From NCBI GenBank assembly GCA_026770705.1, contig JANJGN010000026.1, positions 35,154,001-35,218,000 on the forward strand: a stretch of DNA of 64,000 nt, read 5' to 3'. The notes beneath the pieces were generated by a model that saw only the letters and a list, made by a program, of their open reading frames with translations, made no database searches and was not told the origin of the DNA. Position 1 is the stretch's first letter. Each line of letters starts with the position of its first letter. This document shows, in pieces, positions 1 to 14,320 of the stretch. The position numbers and the translations under genes were made by a program. The stretch is from Isurus oxyrinchus (taxonomy: Eukaryota).

Positions 1-14
1 GAAAGAAAAAAGAA

Positions 15-218
15 NNNNNNNNNNNNNNNNNNNNNNNNNNNNNNNNNNNNNNNNNNNNNNNNNNNNNNNNNNNNNNNNNNNNNNNNNNNNNNNNNNNNNN
101 NNNNNNNNNNNNNNNNNNNNNNNNNNNNNNNNNNNNNNNNNNNNNNNNNNNNNNNNNNNNNNNNNNNNNNNNNNNNNNNNNNNNNNNNNNNNNNNNNNNN
201 NNNNNNNNNNNNNNNNNN
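15..218. other. Assembly gap (N run)
   Basis: Run of N. Confidence 0.99.
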
Positions 219-594
219 GGTTTCCCAAAGTGTTTTCCTGCCAATCCAGTCTTCCCCCAGTGTAATGTGGGAAACACGTCAGCAAATGCGCACAGAGCAA
301 GATTCCACAAATGTAATTGGAGAAATAATCAGGTCGCTGTTTTCAATGGTGTTAAATGAGGGAAAATTATTGTAGGAAGCTGGGAAAAGCTCTTCCTGCT
401 CCTTTTTGAAATTGGGGTATTGAGATTCCATCTGAGAGGGCAGATACTCTCAGTGGTTTCGTATCTCAACCAGGAAGGCAGCAACTGCAATAGTTCAATA
501 TTCATTCAGGGCCACAGGGACACTGCCGGCCCTGGAGTGTGGGCCTGACATCTCTCAAGTAAGAGAGTTACAGCCCAGGACTTTCTGGTTCTGG

Positions 595-672
595 AGATAG
601 AGAGAGAGGAAGCGAGAGAGAGAACGAGAGGGAGAAAGAGAAAGAGTGAAAGAGAAAGAAAGAGAGAGAGAG
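595..672. repeat. (GA)n-rich microsatellite
   Basis: agagagagga agcgagagag agaacgagag ... agagagagag. Confidence 0.85.
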
Positions 673-708
673 TGCTGCTACATACTGAACCACTGTGTTG
701 GAAGTGAA

Positions 709-3178
709 TTAGTATGAGGATGTTTTAAAGTGTTTCAACTGTTTGAAACAACCAGTGGCCTTGGTGAAAGTACACATCAGCACCTTCTTCAGCTCTTCCC
801 AGAACTTGCTCTGGGCCACTAACTGGAGCATATCGGTTGTCTCCTGAAGGATGTACCGCGGATCATTGAAATCCAGGCTGGTGATGTAGCGCTCACCTGT
901 GATCCGAACGTAGAGGAAATGTAAGAGATAGATGGCCCACAGGAGGAGGAAGCTGAGCGAGATGGCAAAAAGCAGGACAATGGACCTCTTGCGGTTGGTG
1001 AAGACGTGTCTCTATGACACTTGGTGCCCCGGAGTCCTTTGCGGGCTCTGCTGGCCGCTAAGATGTGCCCAGTCAGGCCGTAGAGCAGCAGAATGAGGAG
1101 GAATGGGAGGAAAAGAGTTAAGATGGTTCAGCCAGTCATAGGCCTGCCAGATGGGCAAAGAGTATTAGGTGGACTAGAGGGCGCAGAACCAGGGCACCCC
1201 GTCCGGGATGTACAAGGGCTGGTAGCTGAATTAGTATGGGATGTTCCTCACACAGCTCAGGGCACTGACCAGTGCTATAACCGGCAACACAGTTTTCTCG
1301 GTGCAGTATCTGGCCTTCAGGCTCTGACAGCAGATGGCCATGAAACAGTTGATGGTGAAAGCCACAGTCAGCCAGGCTGAGCCATCCTGGGTGACATAGA
1401 CCAGCAGATTGCTGAGTGTGCATGCGGGAGTGGTGGACAGGACACTATCCTGAAAGTAGATGCGGCCGATCCGGCTGAGGATGGCGGCAGTGATGATGAC
1501 CAGGAGGTCACTCACTGCTACCGCCACCAGGTAGCAGGTGATGCATCGGGAGAGTCTGCACTGTCCTCAGGATAAGATTACGATCCCCAACAGGTTGGCT
1601 GTGAGAGATCAGGAGAGAGAGATGTTACTGTGCAGAATCCAAACACCAACACTGTCTCGTCCAATCAGTTACTGTACCCCCACGGGCCGCCCCTCTGCCA
1701 TTTCTGGACTGCAGCTATTTCAAAGCCTTTTGTCAATGTTCGGTATCCAATGCTGCATGAAACTTGTCAATGCAGACGGCATTTCAGTCGGACCCCGCCA
1801 CAAATTCTGCTCTCTAGTCATTGAGTCGATCCCAAGGTCTCGCTATCCAAATTAAGATCATCCAAAAAATGTGCTACCGGTGGCCTAAGTCAAAGCAATG
1901 CCCGTATTCCCATTAAGCCTATGCTCGCTGACAAAGATTAGCTATCAGGCGGCAACGTCTCAGTTTTCGTAATCTCCCCCTTCCATTTTTGGAACCCCTC
2001 TGTTTCCTCACCTCTCCCAATCCCTGTACAACTATAAGTATCTGAGATCTCAGTGAACGTCCTATCCTGTTCTCTCGTGTATCCCTGAAATTAACCTTCC
2101 CATTAGTAGCAGTTCTGCCTGGAGCTGCTGAGGCCATCATCTCTTTAATTCCCTCTCTCAACGGCTGCCTTTCTCATTCCTTCTTTTGGACGTTCCTTAC
2201 AACCAAAGTCTTTGGTCAAACTTTGGGTTAAATATCTCTTCCTGGCGTTCGGTATTACGTGTATTTTTTCAGGCTCCTGTGAAGCATCCCCACCATACGC
2301 ACTGCAGTGACTGAAGAAACAAGCACAACTCCACCTTTCACGTGAGAAATAAAAATGAGCAATAAACGTTGAACTTGCTGGTTATACCCACACTCCGTGG
2401 ATGAATAAAACATTTCATTATTCAAAATATGCAAAACCAGCTGACAAAAAGCAAAATTCATAATAGGTCACCAATTTCTGACCTCCACTAACACCTTTCA
2501 AACGTTTCCATAATTAATTACTAAGGCTAGAATAGCAATCGGGATTGTCCAGTAAGCACTCACTGTACTGTAACTATTATATTATTTCACAGGTTGAAAA
2601 GTACATTAGTGTAATTACTAAACTTATGTTTATACTGCAATTCATCTAATATAATGATTTCACTCTAATTCGTTTTCTGATGCTGTAGTAAGATACATGA
2701 ACGAAAATATGTTACTACATTGTGGTATGCTATTATTCCACACAACACTTAAAACACTAAATTGTAATTGACGACCTCAAAATAAGCGTTCAGCGATATA
2801 ACAGGTTTATGTTCATGCAAAGCCACACATTATAATTCATTTTTCAGCAATCCAGTAAACAGTATTCCTACAAAATCAATTGAATTGTACCTTGTAATGC
2901 TGCACAATGCAAGTACAACGTATGCTCTATAATTCGCCATAACACAGTTTAATCCCATATAAGGCATCGGAACCTGGTTGAGAACCTTGACACTCTGATA
3001 GCACTGAATATTAGAGAAAAAAATTATCCCAACCCTGAAAGGGACGAGACAAACTTTCTGTGGATTTGTAAAAAAATCATAAATAACTTATCTGTGATCC
3101 AGCACTTACCAGAGGCACCAATAACAGCGAGAATGGGATAGCAAATGCCAAAGAAGAGGCTTTTACTGGCCCGTGCAT
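709..3178 (-). pseudogene. GPR139/GPR142-like class A GPCR pseudogene, two exons (3178-3110; 1598-709)
   Basis: Exon 1 reads MHGP...FFGICYPILAVIGAS|GTAAGT with a 1-nt frameshift. Exon 2 follows an ACAG acceptor and reads ANLLGIVILS*GQCRLSRCITCYLVAVAVSDLLVII...DGSAWLTVAFTINCFMAICCQSLKARYCTEKT...NIPY*...KRSIVLLFAI...SKFWEELKKVL. In-frame stops and apparent loss of most of TM7. Confidence 0.88.
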
Positions 3179-3869
3179 CGTCTCTCAGAAAAGAAAGTGA
3201 TTCCCGAAACTGTGCACTTTAGTTCTGCGATGCATTCAAAGCCTCCTTCACTTATTCCGAATGAAGTCTCCAGAGGCAAAATTAAGTTACAACATACATC
3301 TTAGTTGCAGTTCAGTAAACAAACAGATCAGCCCACGGTTTTATGCCTCCCATTCGTAACATTGGCAAGGTGCATGATGCCATTATACAAGTGGGTGAAT
3401 TGTTGGCTGCAAATTCTGCGGTGCCCCCTCTCCACAAACCAGGCCTTTGCGTCTACATCAAGTGGAGCTCCTGATGGAACGTACTGACTTGGTCCTATCT
3501 CGCAGCAAAACACTTTTCTTCCGATGATTGCCACTATGCTGGGCGGGGCTTGAGTGTGATGATTCACCCCTCTATCACTGTCTCACACCACTTTCTCAAA
3601 CTATAATACTCGTGACATGCAAGGCAACTGTTGAAAGCTTTCCATATTGCAAAAACAGAAAGAGAATTAATGTATGAGAATGCACCAGAGGAAGTGGGAG
3701 ATTAAAGATAAAGACTGACATAGGGAAAGAAGAAAAACGAAAGGAAAGAGTGCAAATATAGAGTATAAGTGAACGAAAGAACGAATGACAGAAATTAAGC
3801 AAGATAACGCCTGGTGTTTGTCATTATGTGCCTGCTGTTTCTCACATTACGACACATTAATTCTCGGAT

Positions 3870-4340
3870 GACTGGCATTCAGTGCAGATTTCCCATTCCC
3901 ACTAATAAGGTGATAGTGAGCAGCCTTCATGAATCACTGCAGTCCGCATGCCAAAGGTGTAGCCACAGTGTCTTTAGCACGGGTGTTGCAAAATTAGACC
4001 TCAGGGTCAATGGAAGACCGGCAACATATTTACAAGTTGGAATAGGATAAGGTTTGGAGGGGATAGCGGCTGTTAACCCTGGCACCCGCTGCCCTTCTGA
4101 GTGATGAGATCATTGGTTTGAAAGATACTTTCAAAGAAGGCTTGGTGTGTTCCTGCAGCCCATCCTCTGGACTCCACATACTCAAGCCACGCTTGGGAGT
4201 TTGGAGGTGAGCCAGTCGACGCAGAACATCGAGCTGTGGCGTGCTATTGTGGGAGGCTCAGTTCAGGTTGTTAACGGTGGAGAATTCACAGTAGGTCATA
4301 CCATTGAAAGCAATGTGGAGGTGGTAGTGTTGCCACTAAT
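3870..4340 (-). mobile_element. Degenerate CR1/L2-superfamily LINE 3' fragment
   Basis: Resembles the better-preserved LINE pieces at 54200-55350 and 60780-61150. Confidence 0.55.
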
Positions 4341-4908
4341 TCAAGCAATCAATGTCACCTCAGATGATTGTGTTTTAGAAGATTGCTAATAAATGGGGCC
4401 GTTCAATGTGTCAGGTAAATGGAATTCTTTTCTCGGACCAGAGTCTGGAGAAATGAGACAGGAGAACGTACTGAATTATACTTACTGCTCCCGATTAGCT
4501 ATTAGATTACTATAAGAATTAAGTTCATACTGGCCTGGACCCTCCATTTGTTATCACTGCACGGTTAAAACCATTCTTCTGTTTATATTTCACGAGACTC
4601 TGTCTCACTTACTGGTGCACAAGGCCAGCTCCTCTTGTAATACGTGTTTCCCAGTCGCTGTTATTTGTGCGTTTCTCTCTATACAACACGGGCCTCTTTC
4701 TCAGTTTAAAAAACACGAGGCACGGCATCCGTTATTACTGCAATGGATGAATCATTTGTTTATATCACAGAAGAGCTGGCCTCAATCATTCCAGCATTGA
4801 ACTCGTTTCGCTTTCGGTGGCACCAGATCCTGCCTGAGTTATTTCTGCTGCAGAATATCTTTCTGTTTAGATCATTGACAAATTTGTCTTTAATTGTGCC
4901 ATAAAATT

Positions 4909-5004
4909 CGATTCCGGTGGGATTCGAATCGAACCCACAAATTGCAGATGCCTTTAGTGGCAGAGGCTAGAAGTCCGACACGCTGCCCGTTGTGCCACAG
5001 AGCG
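4909..5004 (-). tRNA. Intron-containing tRNA-Arg(TCT) pseudogene
   Basis: Reverse complement GCTCTGTGGCACAACGGGCAGCGTGTCGGACTTCTA-[intron]-...TTGTGGGTTCGATTCGAATCCCACCGGAATCG matches the vertebrate Arg-TCT framework. A duplicated TTCGA in the T arm and stem mismatches indicate decay. Confidence 0.75.
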
Positions 5005-5956
5005 GATAGTAGTAAGGAGTGATCGCTGATTTTATAAGAATATCCTTTTTTTTAGAATATTTTTATATTACATTGGGCCCTGCGCCAGATTTACTGCGAA
5101 ATGACATGTAATTATTTATATTTCGTCAGATACTGTGTGGAGATTAATATTACACTAGACCCTGTGTCTGCTTATATTACACCAGATCATCCCCCTGGAA
5201 CACACGAGTGTCTGTCTAGTGCAATGGAAATATGTGTAAGAAGGGAAATTCGGTCTCTTGGCGAAGAAGGTCGCCATCTTGCAATCGTGCACTGAAAATA
5301 TGTCAAATGCGATCCGTTTCGATGCGCTTAGCTTTCATTGTAGTATGTTTTAATACGGCATCAGAAGGACTCAAGTGAATCGTCGCCACAAGAAACTTAA
5401 ACATAATTGTTCATCCCACTTCACTAGCAGAGACATATTGGTTTCTTTCTTCATTGCCGGTTTCTTGTTAAATAAATTTACAATTTCCCATTGAAAACTT
5501 CTCAGAATTTTTAAGAGTAATATTGGCTCTACCGCACTTAATTCCGCTTGATCTCTTACCTCTTTGTTTGCTCTGAGACACTCCGCTGAGTGAAATTCAC
5601 TAAGTAAGTGGACATGGTTGCGGATAGAATTCTGAGTCATTTCAGATAAACTCCGCGGCCTGTAGCAAGTGATCTTCTTGATATTTGACTTAGCGAGAAA
5701 CCAATTCGTGGAGCACACAGTGGGACATCATGTCATATTGCTACTGCTCATCACTGCAGATCAGATTCTGCAGTTTGTTTTATACTCCCTGGCTGCTCCC
5801 GGGAACAGTTGGGTGACAGTTTGATCCGAGGTTAACGTGGTTTCCTCTCGCTGTGTGTCTGGGCGGCTGACAGCGCCGCTGCGCATTGTAGCTTCATCTA
5901 CCCGCGATTCTACACAAACCCCAACAGACAGGAGCTCCCACTAACAGTGCGGAGGC

Positions 5957-5995
5957 AGTTTTTGTACAGGGGTGAGATTGATTTTCATCACTGTG
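5957..5995 (-). promoter_or_regulatory. 23-RSS of V at 5996
   Basis: CACAGTG + 23 nt + ACAAAAACT. Confidence 0.95.
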
Positions 5996-6458
5996 TGTCT
6001 GAAAGCGCAGTAATAGACGGCAGCATCAGTCAGCTGCAGACCCGAGATGGTTAAGCTGATGAATTTAGCGGCGGTCAGGAGCCCTGCAGAGAAGCGACTT
6101 CTCGCAAATTCTGCCTTTCTTTCAATGTCAACGGTATCCTTCAACAATACAAACTGGGGCTCTGTGTCTGGGTGTTGTCGGTACCAGTGTAACATATAGC
6201 TTCTCCTTGTAGTATCATAGTTACAGTTTAAAGTCACCTCTTCTCCTTCTGTCTTGACATCTGACGAGAGTGACTGAGTGACAGAGTCCCCATGAGTCCC
6301 GTCTGGAAAAAAAATTATGAAAACAAAGGTTAAGACGACAGCTGATTGAAATCTGATTGAAACCATGCCTGGAAAATGAGATAAATATGAAATGTATTCC
6401 CTTCACGATTACCTGTCAGAAATGCTGCCCACACAACCCAGATGCTGAATAGCCGCAT
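5996..6458 (-). CDS. TCR alpha/delta V segment, apparently functional (leader 6458-6413, V exon 6302-5996)
   Basis: Leader MRLFSIWVVWAAFLT|GTAA (phase 1). V exon DGTHGDSVTQSLSSDVKTEGEEVTLNCNY...WYRQHP...LTISGLQLTDAAVYYCAFRH has Cys23/Trp41/Cys104, is open, and is followed by a 23-RSS. Confidence 0.95.
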
Positions 6459-8714
6459 TGTCGCTGTCCGCCCTGTCAATGGGCTGCTCGATATTTAAAG
6501 ACATCCTTTCTAATCCCCGCCCTCAATTATCCGTTGTCGTGTCCCAGGATGTTTACACCTCACTTCCTGGGTTCTCTGTGGTGCGGCGAGACTGGCAGGC
6601 TTTGAGAGAGCAGACAGTAACTTCAAGCGCCCTGACCTGGATTACACTCACTATCCTTACAGAGGAAATGGATCCGGATTTAGAGAGCAGTGTTGGGGAT
6701 GCAATCCTTCCTGATCCGCTGGAGTCCAACTGGACGTTATCAAGATGGAGATAGAACAGTATAATGTTTCCAGGATTTCCGATGATGCAGATTTATGCTG
6801 GACATTAAGCTATCAGGAGGTTGAAAACGGTGTGGGGTGGTTGGGTGTCATTGCACGAAAGTGGTAGACAGGAACATATTTCGAAAAGGTTATTCTCCTT
6901 GCCAAGAAGAATAGGGGAAATGAAGGACTGCTTCTCTTTTTGAAATGGTGAAATCTATTACATGTCAGTGTTAAATGTTTTAACTCAATTCTCCGGGGCT
7001 CCCTCTCTCTTCTTCCTCAAGAGTTCCCTTACACATGCCCAGATGATACTCCTCCCTCACTCTCACTGACCATAATTACAACATGTTCATTATTCCCTGT
7101 GTGTGTGAAAGATATCTCGATATTGCATTTTGAGCTCTTATATGTTTTATCAATGTTCTCCAGTTTTATTTCAAAACTTCCATTTAGAATAATGTTGTAG
7201 GCTATGTTATCACACAGACACTGCCTGATACGACTGCATTGAGGCACTGGGATGTGATGGTGATTGAAACAATTTTTAATTCGTTCTTCAGAAGTGAACA
7301 CAGCCGGCATGGCCAAGACTAAGCTCGCATTGCGAAATGTCATTGAGACGGTGATAGTAAGTCTCCTTGTCTGTGCTGTGGATACACACACGGTCCTATG
7401 CTTCTGTAGAGCCTTGATTCAAATGAGTGGTGTGCGAGGAAATTTCCGGGCGCAGTAAAGAAGCAATCTCATCGTTGTCAATTTGCAGTCACATGTGGGC
7501 CGGACCACGTAAAAGTGACTGATATCCTTTTCTGAAGCAGCAGTGAACCAGGTGCGGTTTTACAACAATGTGATACTCCCATGACCTTGGTTCGCTTTGA
7601 TCTTCAGAGTATTAGTGCTCTGTATTACGCTCAACAGCAGCAATCTCACTATTCTACCACTTCGCATTTTGCTCAGCTGACTGTTGCAGGACACAAGGAC
7701 TAGGGTCTGTCCCCTGGGTCTGGACCTTTCAAATGAATCAGCATCCGAATGCTTTGATATCAGCCAAGCATGTCGCAAGAAATCATTACAAATTGTACAT
7801 GTATTAAATCTGACTCGTCTTGGCCCAGCAATAGCTTCTGTTGTTTGTTCCCTCTGCCTGTCCCGCATTGCCTGCTCTGATATCAGGAATATTTTTGCCG
7901 GTGTTCCTTTTTGGCATCGTCTGGATGAGCAGTCCAGTGGGACGGGTAAATGCATCACTTCACCGAACGAGGACATCCTGGAGAGTTCCAGAGTCAGGAA
8001 TTATTCTGCAGAACTGTGCAGCGCCGGTCTTCATTATTATTTCACTTCTCACTATGTTTTGCTGCCGAATAGAAATCTACTCTCCCACTGACTGAAGTAA
8101 TGTGGATATTATAGTTTGTAATCGGGTGCTGATGGTGGTGGGTCTAACTCATTGCCTATTCACCCTCCTTCCCAACGTGTTTTGAATCTGATGTACTTTT
8201 TTAACACGTGCGCATCTGATCTACTCATTCTGAGGTTGATTTCGGGATCGGGGTCATGGAGATTCGCTCATACTGCCCCTGCCTTCAAGGATTAACACGG
8301 AAGAAGCGGGTGTAGCTTTAGCTTGTACCCATAATAATGTTTATGTCAACAGGTATTGTTTCCATTGGTATCGGCCACAAACCGAAACCCAACCCAAGTT
8401 TACCATGTTGAAATTTACTGGCGGTTATGAAGAGAAAACAGATTTTGAGGGGAAAATGTTTTTCTGCAGACCTCAACAGCTTGGAGAAATTGTTCACTTC
8501 GCCCATCCCGAGTGTGCAGCTGACCGACATTACAGATTGAAAGTGCTCACTGAGACTCTCAGCAACATCCCCGTCATGAAACTGCCCTCGCCTTGTAGAG
8601 TACGTGCTCTATCAGTTCACATCAATTGCAACAGTGCTTAGCTGTGAAAACCATGCCGTCTTCTTAAGTTCAATTTCAATTACCAGCCCCGTCTTGTCTT
8701 TGAACAGCGACCAA

Positions 8715-9500
8715 CAAAGCCCCATCGCCAGAACTTTCCAACAAGCAGCAAGATGTAGCTTGGCTGGTGATGAAAAAGGCCCTCCCCGTCAGATCCTTCC
8801 AACACTCCATGAGTCTCATCCCATCTGCACGCTGCCCTCGAGGTGACTGGCGAGGAGGAGACGGTTGTTCACCTCCTTGTGGAACGCATGTTTGCTAAGA
8901 AGGCCTGGAGAGAGGTGCAGTGATTTTTGTCGAGGTTCATTTCGAGCAATGCTGTGACACAGGACTCTGTGTTCCACGGGCTCTTCCCAGGGACACACTC
9001 CGAGACAAACATCAACTGCAGCCGGGGGATCATCAACTCGGTGAAAGCCGCTCTTTGGTCTGCCTGAAACCTGCTGGTCTTCCAGAGCAAAGAGTTGTCC
9101 CTGACTGAATGTTGCAGGCTGGCACATTCCAAAGTCCAGTAAGGGATGCACTAACGTTTGGGACAGACGCCGCAAGTGCGCAATTGGGGAAAAGGAATAG
9201 ACTGCTCAGGCTGCACGGCTCACAATGAATGTATGCAGTGAAAGCAACATGTATCATTATTGTATTGAAGCAACTCAAAGTGCAACATGATGTATGTTGA
9301 TAACTCCAATGCCATTGCACTGTCTGACTGTCTGTAATGGCCACATTGAAATGTCTACAATGTTCATTGATTGTATTGAAGCACCTTACGATCTGTGTGG
9401 AAAACTGGAATAAGATGGCACTTTTAGTGATGGCCATTTTGAAATGTTTTGTAATGTTCGCTTATTAGCATTTAGGAATAAAGTATATTTTTCCAAAAAA
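8715..9500 (+). mobile_element. Tx1/L1-clade non-LTR retrotransposon 3' fragment
   Basis: Disrupted frame LAWLVMKKALPVRSF...ETVVHLLVE..FAKKAW...DSVFHGLFPGTH..INSVKAALWSA*NLLVFQ...CCRLAHSKVQ resembles the C-terminal zinc-binding region of Tx1-like ORF2. A 3' UTR with AATAAA follows near 9477. Confidence 0.75.
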
Positions 9501-10559
9501 TAATAACCCGCTTTCTCTCTGCTTGCTTTGGAAACGTTTACAGCGAGTCGCCTCTCGAAGGCAGTCGCAGTTCACAGTATAAAAACAAAGAATTATGGCC
9601 ATCCTCATCGGATCGAGAAGCATCGGCACATAGCGAATCAAAAATAAGGTTTCATGTCCGTCACATTTCAGCTGAACTCAGTCTGAGGAGCTGCTGATTT
9701 CTGGTGAAAGGTCACAGACTGGAACCTCCACTCTGTTTCTGGTTGCATTGCATTTTCTGTTTGCGTTTCGAATTTGGTTAACTTTCTGCTGGGAGACACA
9801 AGAGAGGAGGGGGAAATATCACCTGAAGGACAATCACATGCCCATTCTTTTAGACAACTATTTGGTTACAATTTGGGACGAGAGAAAATATGCCTACGTT
9901 GGGGACACGCCAGTTTAAGGACGGATTTTACTGTATAATTATACTAGTGTTCTTTAAGAATCATCAGACAAAGGCATAAGTAAACACTCAGGATATCTCT
10001 CAGTTCCCTGGGACACAATCAGACAATGAAGCTCGCCACGTAGCAAAGACTGCACTGAACAACTACCCACTCAGTCCGACAGTAACTGCTGTGACTGTCA
10101 GTATCTCTGATGAAAGACCCTCTCTAATGGGATTTATAGGACATCCCCCGGCAGCCCTGCCTGTCTCCCCCATTGGGGCTGAGGAAGGGGCAGAGGGGCG
10201 AATTTCCAAACACAAACCCTATCCAGGTCAGTTCCCCCCCCAACCCCCAAACCTTGTCTCCTCCTCCTTTCACCTACTGAGTGATATTCTGAGTGATGAG
10301 ATCAGACGGTGTAGGAGGAATTGGGAAAACTATATTTGACGAGTCAGCACTCGTGTTGAAATGCTGTTAACCAGTTAAGGCATTCGCTACTTTTTATTGG
10401 AAATGAATTACAAGAGGTACTTCCCCTTCCCCACCAACCCACCACCCACTCCCATCCCCCACCACTTCCGTTATAGCTTTCCTTACAGCAGTTTCTTAAT
10501 TTAACAGATTGCAACAATAAACATATCTGCTATTCGAAGAGATTGTTACTGAGGATATA

Positions 10560-11047
10560 ATGAGGCTCATGCCGCATCGTCATCTGGTTATATTGTCGCT
10601 GGTGTTTGGTAGGTGCAGCCATATCATTTTATCCGTTTGCAGTAATGCAATGTTAATAGACTTTTCAAATCAGTATTGCATTCAGCTTTTCCTTACGTTT
10701 AATTTCAGGTGTGATTCAGGCAGATTCTGTGTCCTAACCTCATACCACACTGAATATTACTGAAGGAGGTAGTATGAAAATAGACTGTAGCTACACAACA
10801 AGTCACGGTAATCCAGATCTGTACTCGTACAGACAGCACAAGAACCAGGCTCCTCCTTTCATTTTGAATCGAGATATAACTAATAAAAGCGATGCAGATT
10901 TTGCCAAAGGGAAATTCGAGGCCGGCCAGACTGACGAAGGAAAGGAGTTTCCTTTAACGATCACTCAAGCGGAAATCCAGGTCATCGCCGTATATTTCTG
11001 CGTGCTGAGCAGTTGGTTTAAAACACATCTTTCGCTGTACAAAAACC
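10560..11047 (+). pseudogene. TCR alpha/delta V pseudogene
   Basis: Leader 10560-10608 MRLMPHRHLVILSLVF|GTAGGT. V exon from 10709 has TAA at 10735-10737 and Trp41 replaced by Ser (TCG), ending YFCVLS. Heptamer lost; nonamer ACAAAAACC at 11039-11047. Confidence 0.92.
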
Positions 11048-12519
11048 CCAGTGATGAACTGCCAGCTCAAGGAAACCCGCCGCCGTGGTTAAGTGCTATT
11101 CGTGGCTCAGTGTAATTGTTCCATCTCACCACCCTATTTCCTCTAGTCATAAATTTGTGTGTTCAAGACCCACTCCAGACACCCGAGCACATAAACCAAT
11201 GCTGACACTTCTACTGCCAATATGAAGGGAGCATTGCAGTGTCCGTGGTCCTATTTTTCAGATGAGCTGCTAAATGGAGGCTCAATTTAACGTGGAGGAT
11301 CCATTCCGAGGAGGGTCATTTATTGTGTAAAAGAGCGGGGCAGCTCTTCCATAAATTTAAGCCTCAAACGGCATCACTGAAACAGATGATCACATTGTTC
11401 TTTGTGGGTGCTTGCTGTGCGCATTTTGACTATTTACTACATTACAATAGTGACTGCAATTCATATTTACTTCATTCTTGCTGCGAGACAGGCTGGTTGA
11501 GCTCAGCAGCCCTTTGCTTTCTGTAATTGTTCGTAGGGAACGATGTGTGCAAATTGTGGACCTGCACACATCATATTCGCATGGAAGAATAATAAGACTA
11601 AGTTCAGTTTATCGGAGTGCATGCATACATTTCCTGATACATTTACAGCTTTTGCTGTCTTCTTAATGAAGCATTTAGAAGTGCGGTGTGATTAAATTAA
11701 ATCTCGCTGACGCTTTCACTGAATCATCCGTCACTCATGTTCATACCAAAATTCCCCAATAGCGCAGCATGTTGTCCGCATTTAGTGGACATTCCTCATC
11801 ACTGACAAACCGAGTTAGAGCCAAATATGATTTGTCATAAATTACAGTTGCTGAGATAGTGTGCTAATATCTGCATGGATAGTACATACCGATGGAATCG
11901 AATGAAAATAAGCAGCGAGAAGCAAGCAAAATAAGCTGATGAAACCCAGCAGGCAACATATTTGAAAAATATCACGTTACTTTTTAAATCATTTCATTTT
12001 CAAACCCCAAGCTATCTGCTACGATGTTCTTTAAACGTAACTGAATCTAACCATATTACAGGAAATGAAGTGATGCGCGGTAACCTTGAAAGTGGAACAA
12101 TCGGTGCAAACACGAGCAGAAATCTTTCCTGTTAAGATTCAATTCACAGCTGGGTTTCAAATGCCAGGGCGCAGTAAAGATCAAAAACAAAAAGTTTCCA
12201 CAGAAAAATAAGTGCGAGGGCCTCAAAACATTTTGGCTGCACCGAAAAAGATTATTTTAGGAAAACAGAAAAGAAAATATGTTTTTGCGAAGATTTATGC
12301 TTCTGAATGTCTGGCTGTCCAGTTTTGAAAAAAGAACAAAGAAACCCGGGTTAACTACAAAACCGAATTATTTTGGAACAATATTGGAATTGTAAATGTC
12401 GTGTATGAATACTTAATTTTTCTATTCTTTCTCTATCTCTCTCCCTCTCTCTCTTCTCTGTCCTTTCTCTACTTCATTCTCTCTGCAAGTAAATTTCACT
12501 CTACATTGTCAAGGAGATG

Positions 12520-12745
12520 CCGAGGGCAGGCACAGCACGGGTTATTTTCCAGAGTCAATCTCCCTCTATTCTGCCCCTATAAAACACTCCCAGGACAGGT
12601 ACAGCACAGGATAGATACCGAATAAAGTTCTTTCTACACTGTCCCTGTAAAACACTCCCAGATTTGATGCAACTCTGTTAGAGCCAGAGTAAGTCCTGCT
12701 TTACAACTTCCCATCAAACACTTCTGGGACAGATGAAGCATGGAA
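12520..12745 (-). repeat. Degenerate minisatellite, paralog of 46030-46380
   Basis: Units such as aaacactcccaggacaggtacagcacaggatagatac are the reverse complement of the units at 46030-46380. Confidence 0.65.
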
Positions 12746-14320
12746 TATATTTCAGTGCATTCTTAAAATGGTAATGAACTTTTAAACCTTTTGAATATTT
12801 AGTTTCCAAATTAAATTGTGTTTTTTTAGAAATAAGGAAGTAAATTGCATTTTTCTAGCTCCTTTTGCGATCTCATGGTGTCCTAAAGTATGTTGCACCA
12901 TTATATCCAATGGAATACTTGGGAAGTTATACTGCAATACAAGGAAACGGACCAGAAAATGATGCTGACAGTGGGATCCAACAAAGATAAATGTGATAAT
13001 AAACAGTTATTCTGATATTTGATATGATTACGGGCTAACTATTGGAACAAGGATAATTCCCATGTTGGAAATGTTATGCCATCGGAAAGGACAGGCAAAG
13101 ACTCGCTTTAAATTCATATGCAAGAAATGATATGCCCGAAACTGAAGCTCTTCCTATAATGTTAGACTGTATTTTGTGCTGAAATCTGTAATGATGTTAA
13201 TCAGTAATGAAAGTGAAAATTCTACTACTGGAAAACATGGCGAGCACACAGTTTCTCCAGCCTGGAGCTCAACAGATTAGGGATCTGTTATTAGTCATTA
13301 GGCTAAATATTAATTCAGAAAATGTAATAGATTTATGCTGTGAGAAACATATGAATGCATTCGCGGATTGTTGCCTTATCTCAGCCTCAAATCAACAAAT
13401 CAATTCCCAGGCATATCCTCACACATTTCTGAAACATAAATAAGCAAATCATTCACATGATCCACAATTCGTTGGGAGATCAAAGAACATAGCCACATTC
13501 AGGAAGGATACGAAGAATTTTGTTCTTTCGGGTGACATATTCCGTTACTTGCAAGTGTCTCGATGATTTCTCCTCCTGTTCCATATTCAAGTAGATAGTA
13601 TAAGCAAAGGCTGCATAGTTAATGTTATTACCCTTTTGTTACGGTTAAAAGGTCTCTTCAGGTGGCGCTCAGAGCAATTACAAAGGGAAGTTGTTCGTCG
13701 GATTGCAACTAACAATGTTTCTGCCAGTTCTGTCTCTACAATTTCCGATTGATAACAGGGGCGGCTTGTAACCACTGCACCCTCTGGTAGGAAATCTAAG
13801 AATTTTACACAGTTTGAACAATGAGCAGAATGCTAATTTATCCATGGGACAATTTCAAGCAACCACACTTTCTGAAACGGACTTCAAAAAATTCAACTGT
13901 GTAACAACGGAGGAAATATGAGAAATATTAAAGGAACGGGCATTTCACCTTATTTAAGTTTCTCCTCAATGATGACATTATCTGATCTTTACATTGATGC
14001 ATCGCACTCGTTAATGTTTGCTTTCTTCCACTTATGATTGCATTGTTTCCTAACTTTTTGTCCTCTTCCCTTTTTCGCTTTCTGGTTTCCTCTTATTCAT
14101 TCTGGCTTGTGTGCTAACTTTTCCTTTTTTTCTCGCTATGTTTCCAACTCTCTTCATTTCTGACTCTGTTCAAACTTACACTTTGACTCTGTTCAAACTT
14201 ACACTTCTTGATTTTATTTTACTTTCTCATCTCATTAATCCTGCCCTCGGATCTTTCTAAAAGCGCCACTCGAAAGACCGATCCTTGAAACACAGCGGAA
14301 CTGCTCACACACTCGGTCTA

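Noticed and set aside
7684-8095. ORFs containing FWHR and YYF, superficially V-like
   Set aside because: Cys/Trp spacing is wrong and there is no RSS or leader
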